Part shown: positions 47,256 through 56,143 of the stretch, piece by piece
Position numbering within the stretch: the stretch's first letter is position 1
How the letters are laid out: every line of letters starts with the position of its first letter
DNA from: Thermoplasmatales archaeon
GTDB lineage: Archaea; Thermoplasmatota; E2; DHVEG-1
DNA: 64,000 nt
Direction: 5' to 3'
NCBI GenBank assembly: GCA_030672305.1
Contig: DAOVGR010000050.1
Span: 32,302-96,301 of the forward strand
The notes under the pieces: model-generated
What the model saw: only the letters and a program-made list of their open reading frames with translations
Told to the model about the DNA's origin: nothing
Databases searched by the model: none
Made by a program: the position numbers and the translations under genes

Positions 47256-48487
47256 TTCATAAACCTCCTTGTCTTTTCAACACTCATTTTATGCAACTGT
47301 TCTTTAGTGAGTTCATATTTACTATTATTATTTACTATAGCAACTCTATTTGTACATGACATACAGGGATCTGTTGATGCTGCAACAATAGGAATATCAG
47401 CAATTTGTTCACCTTTTAACATTGGAATCCAGGGGAGTATATTGTTATATGTTGGTGCACGGACCTTCCAGGTGTAAGGATTTTCAGTTTGTCCATTAAA
47501 TTTAACATAATGGATAACCTCGCCACGTGGTGCCTCATGTCTACCAACTCCTTCTCCATTTACTTTTTTCAGCTGATTCATAAGTTTTGGAATTTTTGGT
47601 TCAGAAACAATTTCACCGGCAGGCATTTCATCGATACACTGTTCAACAAGATCAATTGATTGTTTAACTTCCAAAAGTCTTTGAATAATTCTATCATATA
47701 CATCTCCATTTATATTACCTGTTAAGACATCTGGAGTGATATAATCAATATCTAGATCACCATATGCAAAATAAGAGGTATCAACTCTAACATCCTTTTT
47801 TACACCAGATGCTCTGGTAGTTGGTCCTACTGCACAGAGTTTTAACGCATCTTTCTTTGTTAAAATCCCAGCACCCTGACTTCGCATTTTAATTGTCTTA
47901 TCATCAAGAAATATATGACGTAATTTCTCAAAATTATCTTTAAAGAATTGCAGATCTCTTTTAATTCTAGGAAGCATGTCTTTTGTGATATCCCTTCTAA
48001 TACCTCCTATCGTCATTATACCCTTTGTTATACGATTACCTGTTAAATATTCTGTAAGATCAAGTGCTTTTTCTCGAATCTGCCAGGTAAAATACAAAAC
48101 TGTATCAAAACCAATTTCATGTGCGGCAACACCAGCCCATAGAATATGAGAACAAATTCTCTCAAGCTCTCCTTGAATAACTCTAAGGTACTCTGCACGT
48201 TCTGGTACTTGAATATCAGCTGCAGCTTCGACAGCAAGGGAAAATGCGGCAGGATGACAATAAGAACAAATTCCACAAATTCTTTCAGCCAAATATAATA
48301 CCTGAATCGGATTTCTTTTTCTGGAAGCCCATTCAACACCTCTGTGAATATGACCGAGTTTTACATTAACATCTATAATCCTCTCTCCATCGATCTCAAA
48401 TTCAAAATATACAGGTTCTTTTAATGCAGGGTGAATAGGTCCAACTGGAATATGATATGATGTTTTTGTGGTAGCTGTTTGTTTCAT
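47252..48487 (-). CDS. Group-4 [NiFe]-hydrogenase large (catalytic) subunit (NuoD-like)
   Basis: 411 aa. N-terminal Ni-binding motif RICGICSYCH and C-terminal DPCMSCTNR, then about 27 aa of putative cleavable extension. IPVGPIHP block typical of group-4/NuoD-like enzymes. Confidence 0.9.
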   Translation of the reverse strand: MKQTATTKTSYHIPVGPIHPALKEPVYFEFEIDGERIIDVNVKLGHIHRGVEWASRKRNPIQVLYLAERICGICSYCHPAAFSLAVEAAADIQVPERAEYLRVIQGELERICSHILWAGVAAHEIGFDTVLYFTWQIREKALDLTEYLTGNRITKGIMTIGGIRRDITKDMLPRIKRDLQFFKDNFEKLRHIFLDDKTIKMRSQGAGILTKKDALKLCAVGPTTRASGVKKDVRVDTSYFAYGDLDIDYITPDVLTGNINGDVYDRIIQRLLEVKQSIDLVEQCIDEMPAGEIVSEPKIPKLMNQLKKVNGEGVGRHEAPRGEVIHYVKFNGQTENPYTWKVRAPTYNNILPWIPMLKGEQIADIPIVAASTDPCMSCTNRVAIVNNNSKYELTKEQLHKMSVEKTRRFMK

Positions 48488-49020
48488 TTTTTCACCTCAT
48501 GTAAATTCTTATATAATTTTTCAACGCCAGTTTCATCTCTACGCCATGGATAAACACCTTGAGGAAAATCATCAGGTAAAAAGCATCTTTTATCATCAGG
48601 AATTCCTTTAATCTTAACTCCAAGCATTTCCATTTTTTCACGTTCTGTAATAAGAGCTCCTGGGATTAAGTCACATATTGTTTCAATTTCGGGATTTGAT
48701 TTTGGTAACTCAACTGAAATATTAAAATTAATTTCTTCCATGCGAGTACCATAATTAACTGTAAAATGATAAATCAATTCTATGTTTTTACCAAGATCAT
48801 TACCTGATGTTACAGCAAGATGTGGAAATTGAAGATCACAAAGATGTTTAATTGCATCCTTAAAAACACTCTTATCAATCTTCATCCAAATATTAGCTGT
48901 CTGATTTTTCTTTATACCCGCAGGACGTTTCTTGATCTTGGCATCCTTGATTTTTGTTTTAAATTTATCTTTAAATGACTTAACAATTGCTTCAGGTGTT
49001 AACTTTTTATCTTTGGTCAT
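48484..49020 (-). CDS. Group-4 hydrogenase NuoC-like subunit (EchD/MbhK-like)
   Basis: 178 aa. Complex-I 30 kDa fold block ITEREKMEMLGVKIKG. Confidence 0.75.
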   Translation of the reverse strand: MTKDKKLTPEAIVKSFKDKFKTKIKDAKIKKRPAGIKKNQTANIWMKIDKSVFKDAIKHLCDLQFPHLAVTSGNDLGKNIELIYHFTVNYGTRMEEINFNISVELPKSNPEIETICDLIPGALITEREKMEMLGVKIKGIPDDKRCFLPDDFPQGVYPWRRDETGVEKLYKNLHEVKK

Positions 49021-49454
49021 TTCTTAGCCTCCAATGTTTCTAATTTGACCCATGCCTTTGCAACTGCATTAATTATTGCCTCAGGTCGCGGCGGACAACC
49101 AATTACATGAACATCAACAGGTAAAATTTTATTAACTGGACCAACAAGATTATAAGACTCATAAAAGACATCACCAGTATTACCACAATTACCTACGCAT
49201 ATAACTGCCTTCGGATCGGGCATCTGTGCATATACACGTTTAACCTTGTCCTCCATCTGTCTGGTCACTGGTCCAGTAACCAATAACACATCTGCATGAC
49301 GTGGTGTGCCAACAAGTCTTATACCAAAACGCTCAACATCATAGCGAGGACATAAAGCTGCTATAATTTCGATGTCACAACCATTACATGAACCAGAGTT
49401 GCAATGGTATACCCATAAAGCCCTTTTAAAAGACTTAGTAAGACCTTTTGCCAT
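49017..49454 (-). CDS. Group-4 [NiFe]-hydrogenase small subunit (NuoB-like, proximal [4Fe-4S])
   Basis: 145 aa. CNSGSCNGCDIE, VGNCGNTG and GCPP cysteine ligands. Confidence 0.85.
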   Translation of the reverse strand: MAKGLTKSFKRALWVYHCNSGSCNGCDIEIIAALCPRYDVERFGIRLVGTPRHADVLLVTGPVTRQMEDKVKRVYAQMPDPKAVICVGNCGNTGDVFYESYNLVGPVNKILPVDVHVIGCPPRPEAIINAVAKAWVKLETLEAKK

Positions 49455-49536
49455 AAAATAATGCCTCCATGAACCTAATAAGTTCTGTTTTTGGTAATCT
49501 TATATACTATTTAAAAATTTGTGGAAATAATAAATA

Positions 49537-50592
49537 TCAACATATTCTTGGAACAGGGTCTCCAATTGGCTTGTGTAGATTTCGTTTTCCTCCAACTGTT
49601 GTTTTAAGAACTACTCCTTTAATTTTATCTGTTGTTTCGCCAATAATTGCTGCATTCTTACCTAAGGGATGTTTCTTAATTGATGCAAGAACATCCTCTG
49701 CTCTTTCTTTAACAACAGCAAGAACGACCTTACCTTCATTACCAATTTCTAACGGATCGATACCAAGCATATCGCAGGCAGATCTAACACCTCGAGGTAT
49801 CGGAATGTTATCTTCCGCCAAGATTATTCCAATATTAGATTTATCGCAAAACTCGTTTACTGTATTTGAAAGACCGCCACGTGTCGGATCCTTTGCAGAA
49901 ACGATACCTCCAACCGATAATGCTTTTTCCATTAATCCATTAATCGCTGCAATATCAGATTTTATCTTAGTTTCAAAACCATAACCCTCTCTAAAAGACA
50001 TTAAGGCAATACCATGTTCACCAATATTTCCAGAAAGAATTATTATGTCGCCATTTTTTAGATTTGAATCAAGAAGCCATCTTTTATCAAAACTACGATA
50101 TCTCTTAACTTCCTTTATGTTATTATCAAGAATATTTGTTCTTTTTCCAATTCCACTTGTATTAATCATGAATTCTTGTATAGCACCTTTTTCAACAACC
50201 TTAGTGTCACCAGTAACAATTGGAACATTTGCATCACTTGAAACCTTGCTCATGCTATTGACAATCTTTTCAAATATTTCAATAGAGAGTCCTTCCTCAA
50301 CTATAAATCCAGCAGAAAGAGCAATAGGTTTAGCACCCATAACTGCTATATCATTAACAGTTCCTGCGACAGCAAGAGAGCCAAGATCTCCACCTGGGAA
50401 AATAATTGGTTGTACTGTATGAGAATCAGTAGTAAAAACAATATCATCAATTACTGCTGAATCATCAAGCATAGACAATGGTATCTCTGCAGATATTGAT
50501 GTTTTTCCAAAATATTTTAAAATCTTCTGTTTGATGAGTTTATCCATCAATTGTCCGCCAGCACCATCTGCAAGTTTTATTTTATCTACCAT
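49537..50592 (-). CDS. hypE: [NiFe]-hydrogenase maturation protein HypE
   Basis: 351 aa. PurM-like fold with the invariant C-terminal PRIC. Confidence 0.9.
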   Translation of the reverse strand: MVDKIKLADGAGGQLMDKLIKQKILKYFGKTSISAEIPLSMLDDSAVIDDIVFTTDSHTVQPIIFPGGDLGSLAVAGTVNDIAVMGAKPIALSAGFIVEEGLSIEIFEKIVNSMSKVSSDANVPIVTGDTKVVEKGAIQEFMINTSGIGKRTNILDNNIKEVKRYRSFDKRWLLDSNLKNGDIIILSGNIGEHGIALMSFREGYGFETKIKSDIAAINGLMEKALSVGGIVSAKDPTRGGLSNTVNEFCDKSNIGIILAEDNIPIPRGVRSACDMLGIDPLEIGNEGKVVLAVVKERAEDVLASIKKHPLGKNAAIIGETTDKIKGVVLKTTVGGKRNLHKPIGDPVPRIC

Positions 50593-50647
50593 TTTCTATT
50601 CATGCGATACATAAGCTTTATTTATAGTATATGGTTCCTGGTGGAGC

Positions 50648-50947
50648 ATGATCGCAGATATACTTACTTCTATTTTTGGTGAAAGTTATGCTTGGCAGGA
50701 CCTTGTAATTGCTGTGGTAAGCATCCTTTTTGGCTTTATTCTTATACCACAGCTAAAAGATGTCTGGTATGGTAAATCTATTCTTAATTTGTATACAGCC
50801 AGTTTAACAACAATAGGACTGTATGTGTTAGCAGTAACATTTTTTACTATGGGGTTTTGGATATCTTTCATAGCTGAATTATTTTCAGGGACAATATGGC
50901 TATTATTGTTTGTTCTTTCATTTAAAAATTATAGAAAAAGTATATGA
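50648..50947 (+). CDS. Small membrane protein (3 TM), unknown function
   Basis: 99 aa and hydrophobic. Coding status uncertain. Confidence 0.35.
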   Translation: MIADILTSIFGESYAWQDLVIAVVSILFGFILIPQLKDVWYGKSILNLYTASLTTIGLYVLAVTFFTMGFWISFIAELFSGTIWLLLFVLSFKNYRKSI

Positions 50948-50950
50948 TTT

Positions 50951-51820
50951 TTATTTGATAAATCGTTTTAATAAAACCCTATTGACTTGTTGATTACCTC
51001 TTCTAGTTATTTGATCTGGAGGAGTTATAACAGCATATTCTAATGCGTTTTTACATTCACATGTTCGTTTGTATTTAATCTTGGGTACCAATTTTTTAAT
51101 GATATTTGCCATGCTTTTATCATTTTTTTTCAGGTTTTCAACAACAGATGCAACTGTTACATCTTCTTCTCCTTCATACCAACAATCATAATCAGTAACA
51201 GTAAGTATTCCACATAAGCACATTTCAGCTTCCCTTGCAAGTTTTGCCTCAGTTGCAAGCGTCATTCCAATAACATCAACATTCCAGCTACGATACAAAT
51301 TTGATTCAGCTCTTGTTGAAAACTGAGGTCCTTCCATACAGATATAGGTTCCCATATGTACATCAACTCCTTGTTCTTTTACTGCTTTATACACTAAATC
51401 TGTAAAAGTTTTACAGAAAGGATCTGCAAATCCAGCATGAACAACAATACCTTCATCAAAAAACGTAGTTTCTCTTTTTGCTGTTCGATCAATTAATTGA
51501 TCGGCAATTACAAAATCACAAGGTTTGATTTCTTTTTTTAAGCTACCAACCGCTGCTGTTGAAATTAGGTATTCCACTCCGCATTCTTTCATAGCAAAAA
51601 TATTTGCTCTATAATTAACCTTATGAGGTGGAAACTGATGATTTTTACCATGCCGAGGAAGAAATACGACCTCAATACCTTCAATCTTACCTAATATAAT
51701 TTTATCAGAGGGTTTCCCAAAAGGAGTTTCCACATCTATTTCTTCAATGTCTTTAATTATACCTACATTGTATAGGCCACTTCCACCAATAATACCAATT
51801 TTAATAGACATAATAATCAA
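50951..51820 (-). CDS. mtnP: S-methyl-5-prime-thioadenosine phosphorylase
   Basis: 289 aa. PNP/MTAP family motifs IGIIGGSGL, FLPRHG and ATEAKLAREAEMC. Confidence 0.85.
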   Translation of the reverse strand: MIIMSIKIGIIGGSGLYNVGIIKDIEEIDVETPFGKPSDKIILGKIEGIEVVFLPRHGKNHQFPPHKVNYRANIFAMKECGVEYLISTAAVGSLKKEIKPCDFVIADQLIDRTAKRETTFFDEGIVVHAGFADPFCKTFTDLVYKAVKEQGVDVHMGTYICMEGPQFSTRAESNLYRSWNVDVIGMTLATEAKLAREAEMCLCGILTVTDYDCWYEGEEDVTVASVVENLKKNDKSMANIIKKLVPKIKYKRTCECKNALEYAVITPPDQITRRGNQQVNRVLLKRFIK

Positions 51821-51910
51821 CTACTTATCAAATTACTAAAAATGCTGAAGTATAAAAATAATAAAAAGTTTTTTGATTAAATCAAGATAACATTTGTTTG
51901 AGGATATTAA

Positions 51911-53536
51911 ATGGGTGTTGAAGTAAAGGGAAATATTGTTGATGTACAAAGACAAAGGATTTCTCCTGGTATCATTAAAATTGAAAAAGGAAAAATTACT
52001 GATATAATTAAGGTTGAATATGAATATAAAAATTATATAACTCCTGGTTTTGTAGATGCTCATGTTCACATCGAAAGCTCAATGCTTACTCCCTCAGAGT
52101 TTGCAAGAGTAGCAGCTATCCATGGAACAGTTGCAGTAGTTACAGATCCACATGAAATAGCAAATGTTCTTGGAATTGACGGAGTTTATTATATGCTCAA
52201 TGCTGCATCAAAAGTTCCATTTAAGTTCTATTTTGGTGCTCCCTCTTGTGTTCCTGCTTCCCCTTTTGAAACTAGTGGAGCAGTACTAAATCCTAAAGAT
52301 GTTAATAAACTTCTCAAAAATGATAATATAAAATTTCTAGCAGAAATGATGAACTATCCAGGTGTTATCAATAAAGATACTGAAGTAATGGAAAAAATCA
52401 ACTTGGCAAAAAAATATTCAAAGCCAATTGATGGTCATGCCCCTGGACTGAGCGGAGAAGATCTTCGTAAGTATGTAAAATGTGGGATTACAACTGATCA
52501 TGAATGTTTTACTTTAGAAGAAGGTCGCGAAAAGATAAAATTGGGCATGAAAGTATTACTTAGAGAAGGAACTGGTGCTCGTAACTTTGATGATCTTCAG
52601 CCTTTAATTGAAGAAAATACCGATAGCTGTATGTTATGTAGCGATGATAAACATCCTAATGATTTAATTAAAGGTCATATCAATCTTATTGTAAAGAGAG
52701 CAATTAAAAATGGAATAGATCCAATGAAGGTGTTAAGAGCAGCATCTTTTAATCCAATTGTACATTATAATTTGGAGGTTGGATTACTTCGTGTTGGTGA
52801 TCCAGCAGATTTTATTGTTGTTGATGATTTATATAAATTAGATATTTTAAAAACTTACATTAATGGTATTGAAGTAGCAAGAAATGGTACCACTCTTATT
52901 TCTAGTATTAAACCAGAGATTAAAAATAACTTTAATATCGATTTGAAAAAACCTAGTGATTTTATAGTAAAATCTATGGGGAACAGAATCAATGTTATCG
53001 TTGCTATCGATGGTCAGCTTATCACAGAAAGAGCAATAGAAAGTCCTTTGATTTCAAATGGTAATATTATATCTGATGTTGATAGAGATATTTTAAAAAT
53101 ATCTGTTATAAATCGATATAAAAACTCAAATCCTTCTGTAGGTTTTATAAAAAATTTTGGACTTAAAAAAGGTGCTATTGCATCCAGTGTTGCCCATGAC
53201 TCACATAACATAATTGCTGTAGGTGTTTCTGATGATGATATTTGTAAAGCTGTAAATCTTGTGATTGAAAATAAAGGAGGACTATGTGCGATTAGAGCTG
53301 GCAAAAAAGCTGTTCTACCTTTACCAATCGCAGGTATTATCAGTGATAGAAAATATGATTGGGTAGCAGATAAATATGTAGAAATTGAAGAAGCTGCAAA
53401 ATTGCTGGGTTCAAATCTTCAGGCTCCATTTATGACTTTATCTTTTATGGCCTTACTAGTCATTCCAAAACTAAAAATAACTGATAAGGGACTTTTTGAT
53501 TCAGAGAATTTTAGATTTATTGATCTTTATACGTAA
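51911..53536 (+). CDS. ade: Adenine deaminase
   Basis: 541 aa. Amidohydrolase with FVDAHVHIESSMLTPSEFARVAAIHGTVAVVTDPHEIANV, characteristic of adenine deaminase. Confidence 0.85.
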   Translation: MGVEVKGNIVDVQRQRISPGIIKIEKGKITDIIKVEYEYKNYITPGFVDAHVHIESSMLTPSEFARVAAIHGTVAVVTDPHEIANVLGIDGVYYMLNAASKVPFKFYFGAPSCVPASPFETSGAVLNPKDVNKLLKNDNIKFLAEMMNYPGVINKDTEVMEKINLAKKYSKPIDGHAPGLSGEDLRKYVKCGITTDHECFTLEEGREKIKLGMKVLLREGTGARNFDDLQPLIEENTDSCMLCSDDKHPNDLIKGHINLIVKRAIKNGIDPMKVLRAASFNPIVHYNLEVGLLRVGDPADFIVVDDLYKLDILKTYINGIEVARNGTTLISSIKPEIKNNFNIDLKKPSDFIVKSMGNRINVIVAIDGQLITERAIESPLISNGNIISDVDRDILKISVINRYKNSNPSVGFIKNFGLKKGAIASSVAHDSHNIIAVGVSDDDICKAVNLVIENKGGLCAIRAGKKAVLPLPIAGIISDRKYDWVADKYVEIEEAAKLLGSNLQAPFMTLSFMALLVIPKLKITDKGLFDSENFRFIDLYT

Positions 53537-53557
53537 ATTTTATCTATTTTTTATTGT

Positions 53558-54016
53558 TTGAACTTTTCTATGGAATACATTGTAATGTGCATAGGTAATA
53601 GAGAAGGTGGGGATGATGCAGTTGGACCATATATTGCAGATAGGTTGAAATTTGAAAAACTTGATAATATTGGAGTAATAGATTGCGGGACAGTCCCTGA
53701 AAATTATACATCTATTGTAAAGCGTAAAAAACCTAAGATTCTTGTTATTATTGACGCAGTTGAAATGGAGCTAAAACCAGGAGAAATAAGAATTGTTCCT
53801 AAAGAAAAAATTGGAGTTATGACAATTTCTACCCATGGGATTCCTATTTCAGTTCTAATAGGATACTTAGAACAATATGTTGAAAATATTATTTTTATTG
53901 GTATTCAACCAAAAGAAATGTCAGGTGAAATAATTACCATTGTTAAAGAAAGTGGAGATAAGTTAGTTGAGATACTAAAGAACAATAATTTAGAGAAAAT
54001 CAAAACTCTCCAATGA
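53558..54016 (+). CDS. hycI: Hydrogenase maturation endopeptidase (HycI/HybD family)
   Basis: 152 aa. GNREGGDDAVGPYIADRL, IIDAVE and HGIP metal-binding blocks. Confidence 0.8.
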   Translation: MNFSMEYIVMCIGNREGGDDAVGPYIADRLKFEKLDNIGVIDCGTVPENYTSIVKRKKPKILVIIDAVEMELKPGEIRIVPKEKIGVMTISTHGIPISVLIGYLEQYVENIIFIGIQPKEMSGEIITIVKESGDKLVEILKNNNLEKIKTLQ

Positions 54017-54096
54017 GAAAATAAGATTCTTATTTTACTAGTTCAGGTTTATGATAATATTATAAATTGATTTTTCATTTATTGAGATGATAATTT

Positions 54097-54618
54097 ATGG
54101 ACGTATTAATAAGAAATGAAAGAAAAAATGATTATGATCAAATTAGAAAAATCAATAATTTGGCCTTTGGACAAGAAAACGAAGGGATAATGATTGATGC
54201 TTTAAGAGAAACATCGGATTTTAATTATCTATTATCCCTTGTAGCAGAAATAAAAGGTAAGATTGTTGGTCATATCCTATTTTTTCCAATTAAGATAAAA
54301 AATAAAAATGAAGAATACACGGTTTTATCTCTTGCACCAATGGCCGTTCATCCAGAATACCAAAATAATGGCATTGGTATAAAATTGGTAAAAAAAGGTT
54401 TAGAAATCGCAAAAGAAACAGGTTTTGATGCTGTAATTGTTGTTGGACATCCAAAATATTATCCCCGTTTTGGATTTACACCTGCAAAAAATTGGAAAAT
54501 AAAACTTCCATTTGATGTTCCCGATGATGTATTTTTAGCATTGGAATTAATAGAAAATGCTTTGAAGAATATCAGTGGGACTGTTGATTTTCCAAAAGAA
54601 TTTTTTGATGCTATGTAA
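54097..54618 (+). CDS. GNAT-family N-acetyltransferase
   Basis: 173 aa. Acetyl-CoA binding block QNNGIGIKLVKKGLEIAKETGFDAVIVVG. Confidence 0.75.
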   Translation: MDVLIRNERKNDYDQIRKINNLAFGQENEGIMIDALRETSDFNYLLSLVAEIKGKIVGHILFFPIKIKNKNEEYTVLSLAPMAVHPEYQNNGIGIKLVKKGLEIAKETGFDAVIVVGHPKYYPRFGFTPAKNWKIKLPFDVPDDVFLALELIENALKNISGTVDFPKEFFDAM

Positions 54619-54672
54619 AGACGGGGTTTTTACAATAAGTATAGATGTCTAGTTAACGTAAAAATCCTATCA

Positions 54673-54870
54673 CTATGATAATATTTCTAGATTTTTTGCT
54701 ATTAATCCTTTCTTAGTATCTTCTTTTGTGTATTCGATTTTTTCTCCCTTACTTAAAAAAATTGACCAAAAAGGAATTTCACTTTTATGAATAAAGACGT
54801 CTTCACCGTCTTCACCTTTAATAAAGCCATATCCTTGTTTAATATTATACCATTTAACTTCTCCTTTCAT
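54673..54870 (-). CDS. Cold-shock domain protein (CspA-like)
   Basis: 65 aa. RNP1-like KGYGFI and RNP2-like VFIH motifs. Confidence 0.8.
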   Translation of the reverse strand: MKGEVKWYNIKQGYGFIKGEDGEDVFIHKSEIPFWSIFLSKGEKIEYTKEDTKKGLIAKNLEILS

Positions 54871-54920
54871 ATAGTTCTTATTCTCCTTAAAAAAAATAAA
54901 ATATTCTTTGGATATACAAT

Positions 54921-55097
54921 TTAAAATGATTTTATACAGTTTTTACAGATACTATTTGCTTCTGAATTTTCTTTTTTTATAAAATTTTCACAAGTATCGC
55001 TTTCAAAAACTGGAATCATTTTACTTTTACATCTTATAATTTTTTTATTTCTAATTTTAGTTTTATTATCTGATGACTTTTTTCTTCTTCTATTCAT
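54921..55097 (-). CDS. Unannotated small basic Cys-rich protein (58 aa)
   Basis: Minus-strand ORF below the 60-aa cutoff of the supplied track. Translation MNRRRKKSSDNKTKIRNKKIIRCKSKMIPVFESDTCENFIKKENSEANSICKNCIKSF. Four Cys including a terminal CxxC. Confidence 0.3.
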   Translation of the reverse strand: MNRRRKKSSDNKTKIRNKKIIRCKSKMIPVFESDTCENFIKKENSEANSICKNCIKSF

Positions 55098-55303
55098 GAT
55101 TAAATGCCTTCATTTGTTTATAATGATAAAAAAACAAATTCAAATAAAATCCATAACTCTATTTTAAAAGAGAAAGAATTCCAAATCTGTATTTTATTAT
55201 CTTTTAGAAAAGTAGATATTGTGTTTAAATAGTTTTGCATAAAAAATAAAAAGAAAGATTTTTTGTAAAAAATGATAATACCAATATTAATCTCATTTAT
55301 TTA

Positions 55304-55471
55304 CTAAAATCTTTTTGGCTTATGTTTCTGATAACAGTCCCTACAATAGACAGGTCTTGTTCCATCTGGTTTGAAAGGGACTTCAGTTGTTTTTCCACAA
55401 TCTGCACAAGTTACTTCATGCATTTCTCGAGGGCCTCTATTAAACCCTCGTCCTCTATTTTCTCTATACAT
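55304..55471 (-). CDS. Unannotated small zinc-ribbon protein (55 aa) with RG-rich N-terminus
   Basis: Minus-strand ORF. Translation MYRENRGRGFNRGPREMHEVTCADCGKTTEVPFKPDGTRPVYCRDCYQKHKPKRF. CxxC-x17-CxxC. The plus-strand ORFs 55322-55525 and 55371-55613 in the track overlap it and look spurious. Confidence 0.4.
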   Translation of the reverse strand: MYRENRGRGFNRGPREMHEVTCADCGKTTEVPFKPDGTRPVYCRDCYQKHKPKRF

Positions 55472-55634
55472 ATATCTTATTTTCCTTTATTATTTTTCAC
55501 AAAACAATGTGTATATAATATTTAAGAGTATCTCAAAACACAAGTTTTTTCAAAACTCAAGAATTCGTTACTTTAAGTTTAGCTCTTATATCAATGTGTT
55601 TATATCTTATTGATCTGTTTTATTTTTTAAAAAA

Positions 55635-55976
55635 TCAATTTTTTAGATTAATTTCTTCATCAAAATTTTTTACAGGTTCAACAATGACACCTTTAATTTT
55701 ACTTTTATCTAAATTTACACTCAGGTTATTGTCTATGTCTAAAAATGACCTATTTTGCTCTATTATAGTTCTTTTATCAGGTTTATATTGAGATTTTTTT
55801 AATGCCTTTTCCTCTCTTAACATCAAAATTAGAATAATCAGTCCAACTAATGAGATAATCCAAATAATAATAAGGGCAAATAAATCAAAGTATTGTTCAC
55901 CAAATTTATTAATATTTATTAGAACTGATTTACTATCGCTAAAAAATGCTATAAATGTTCTATAGGTCATAAGCAT
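55635..55976 (-). CDS. Single-pass membrane protein, unknown function
   Basis: 113 aa with one central hydrophobic helix. Confidence 0.35.
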   Translation of the reverse strand: MLMTYRTFIAFFSDSKSVLININKFGEQYFDLFALIIIWIISLVGLIILILMLREEKALKKSQYKPDKRTIIEQNRSFLDIDNNLSVNLDKSKIKGVIVEPVKNFDEEINLKN

Positions 55977-56143
55977 TAAACAATTTAATCCAATGATGTA
56001 ACCAGGGACTATTAATAATTTATACTTAATTCTATCTTCCTCCTCAGAATATTGAAGGTTGAATAATAAAATAAAATATAAATGTTACTAATTAAATATT
56101 AAAATTAATAAAAATTAAAATAAAAAATAAAAGAGAGAAAAAA

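Noticed and set aside
49469-50422. Plus-strand ORFs 49469-49984 and 50045-50422 overlapping hypE
   Set aside because: Antisense to HypE. HypE carries its invariant PRIC C-terminus on the minus strand, so the minus reading is correct.
55322-55613. Plus-strand ORFs 55322-55525 and 55371-55613
   Set aside because: They overlap a minus-strand 55-aa ORF with a clean CxxC-x17-CxxC zinc ribbon and RG-rich tail. The plus-strand translations are low-complexity with no motifs.
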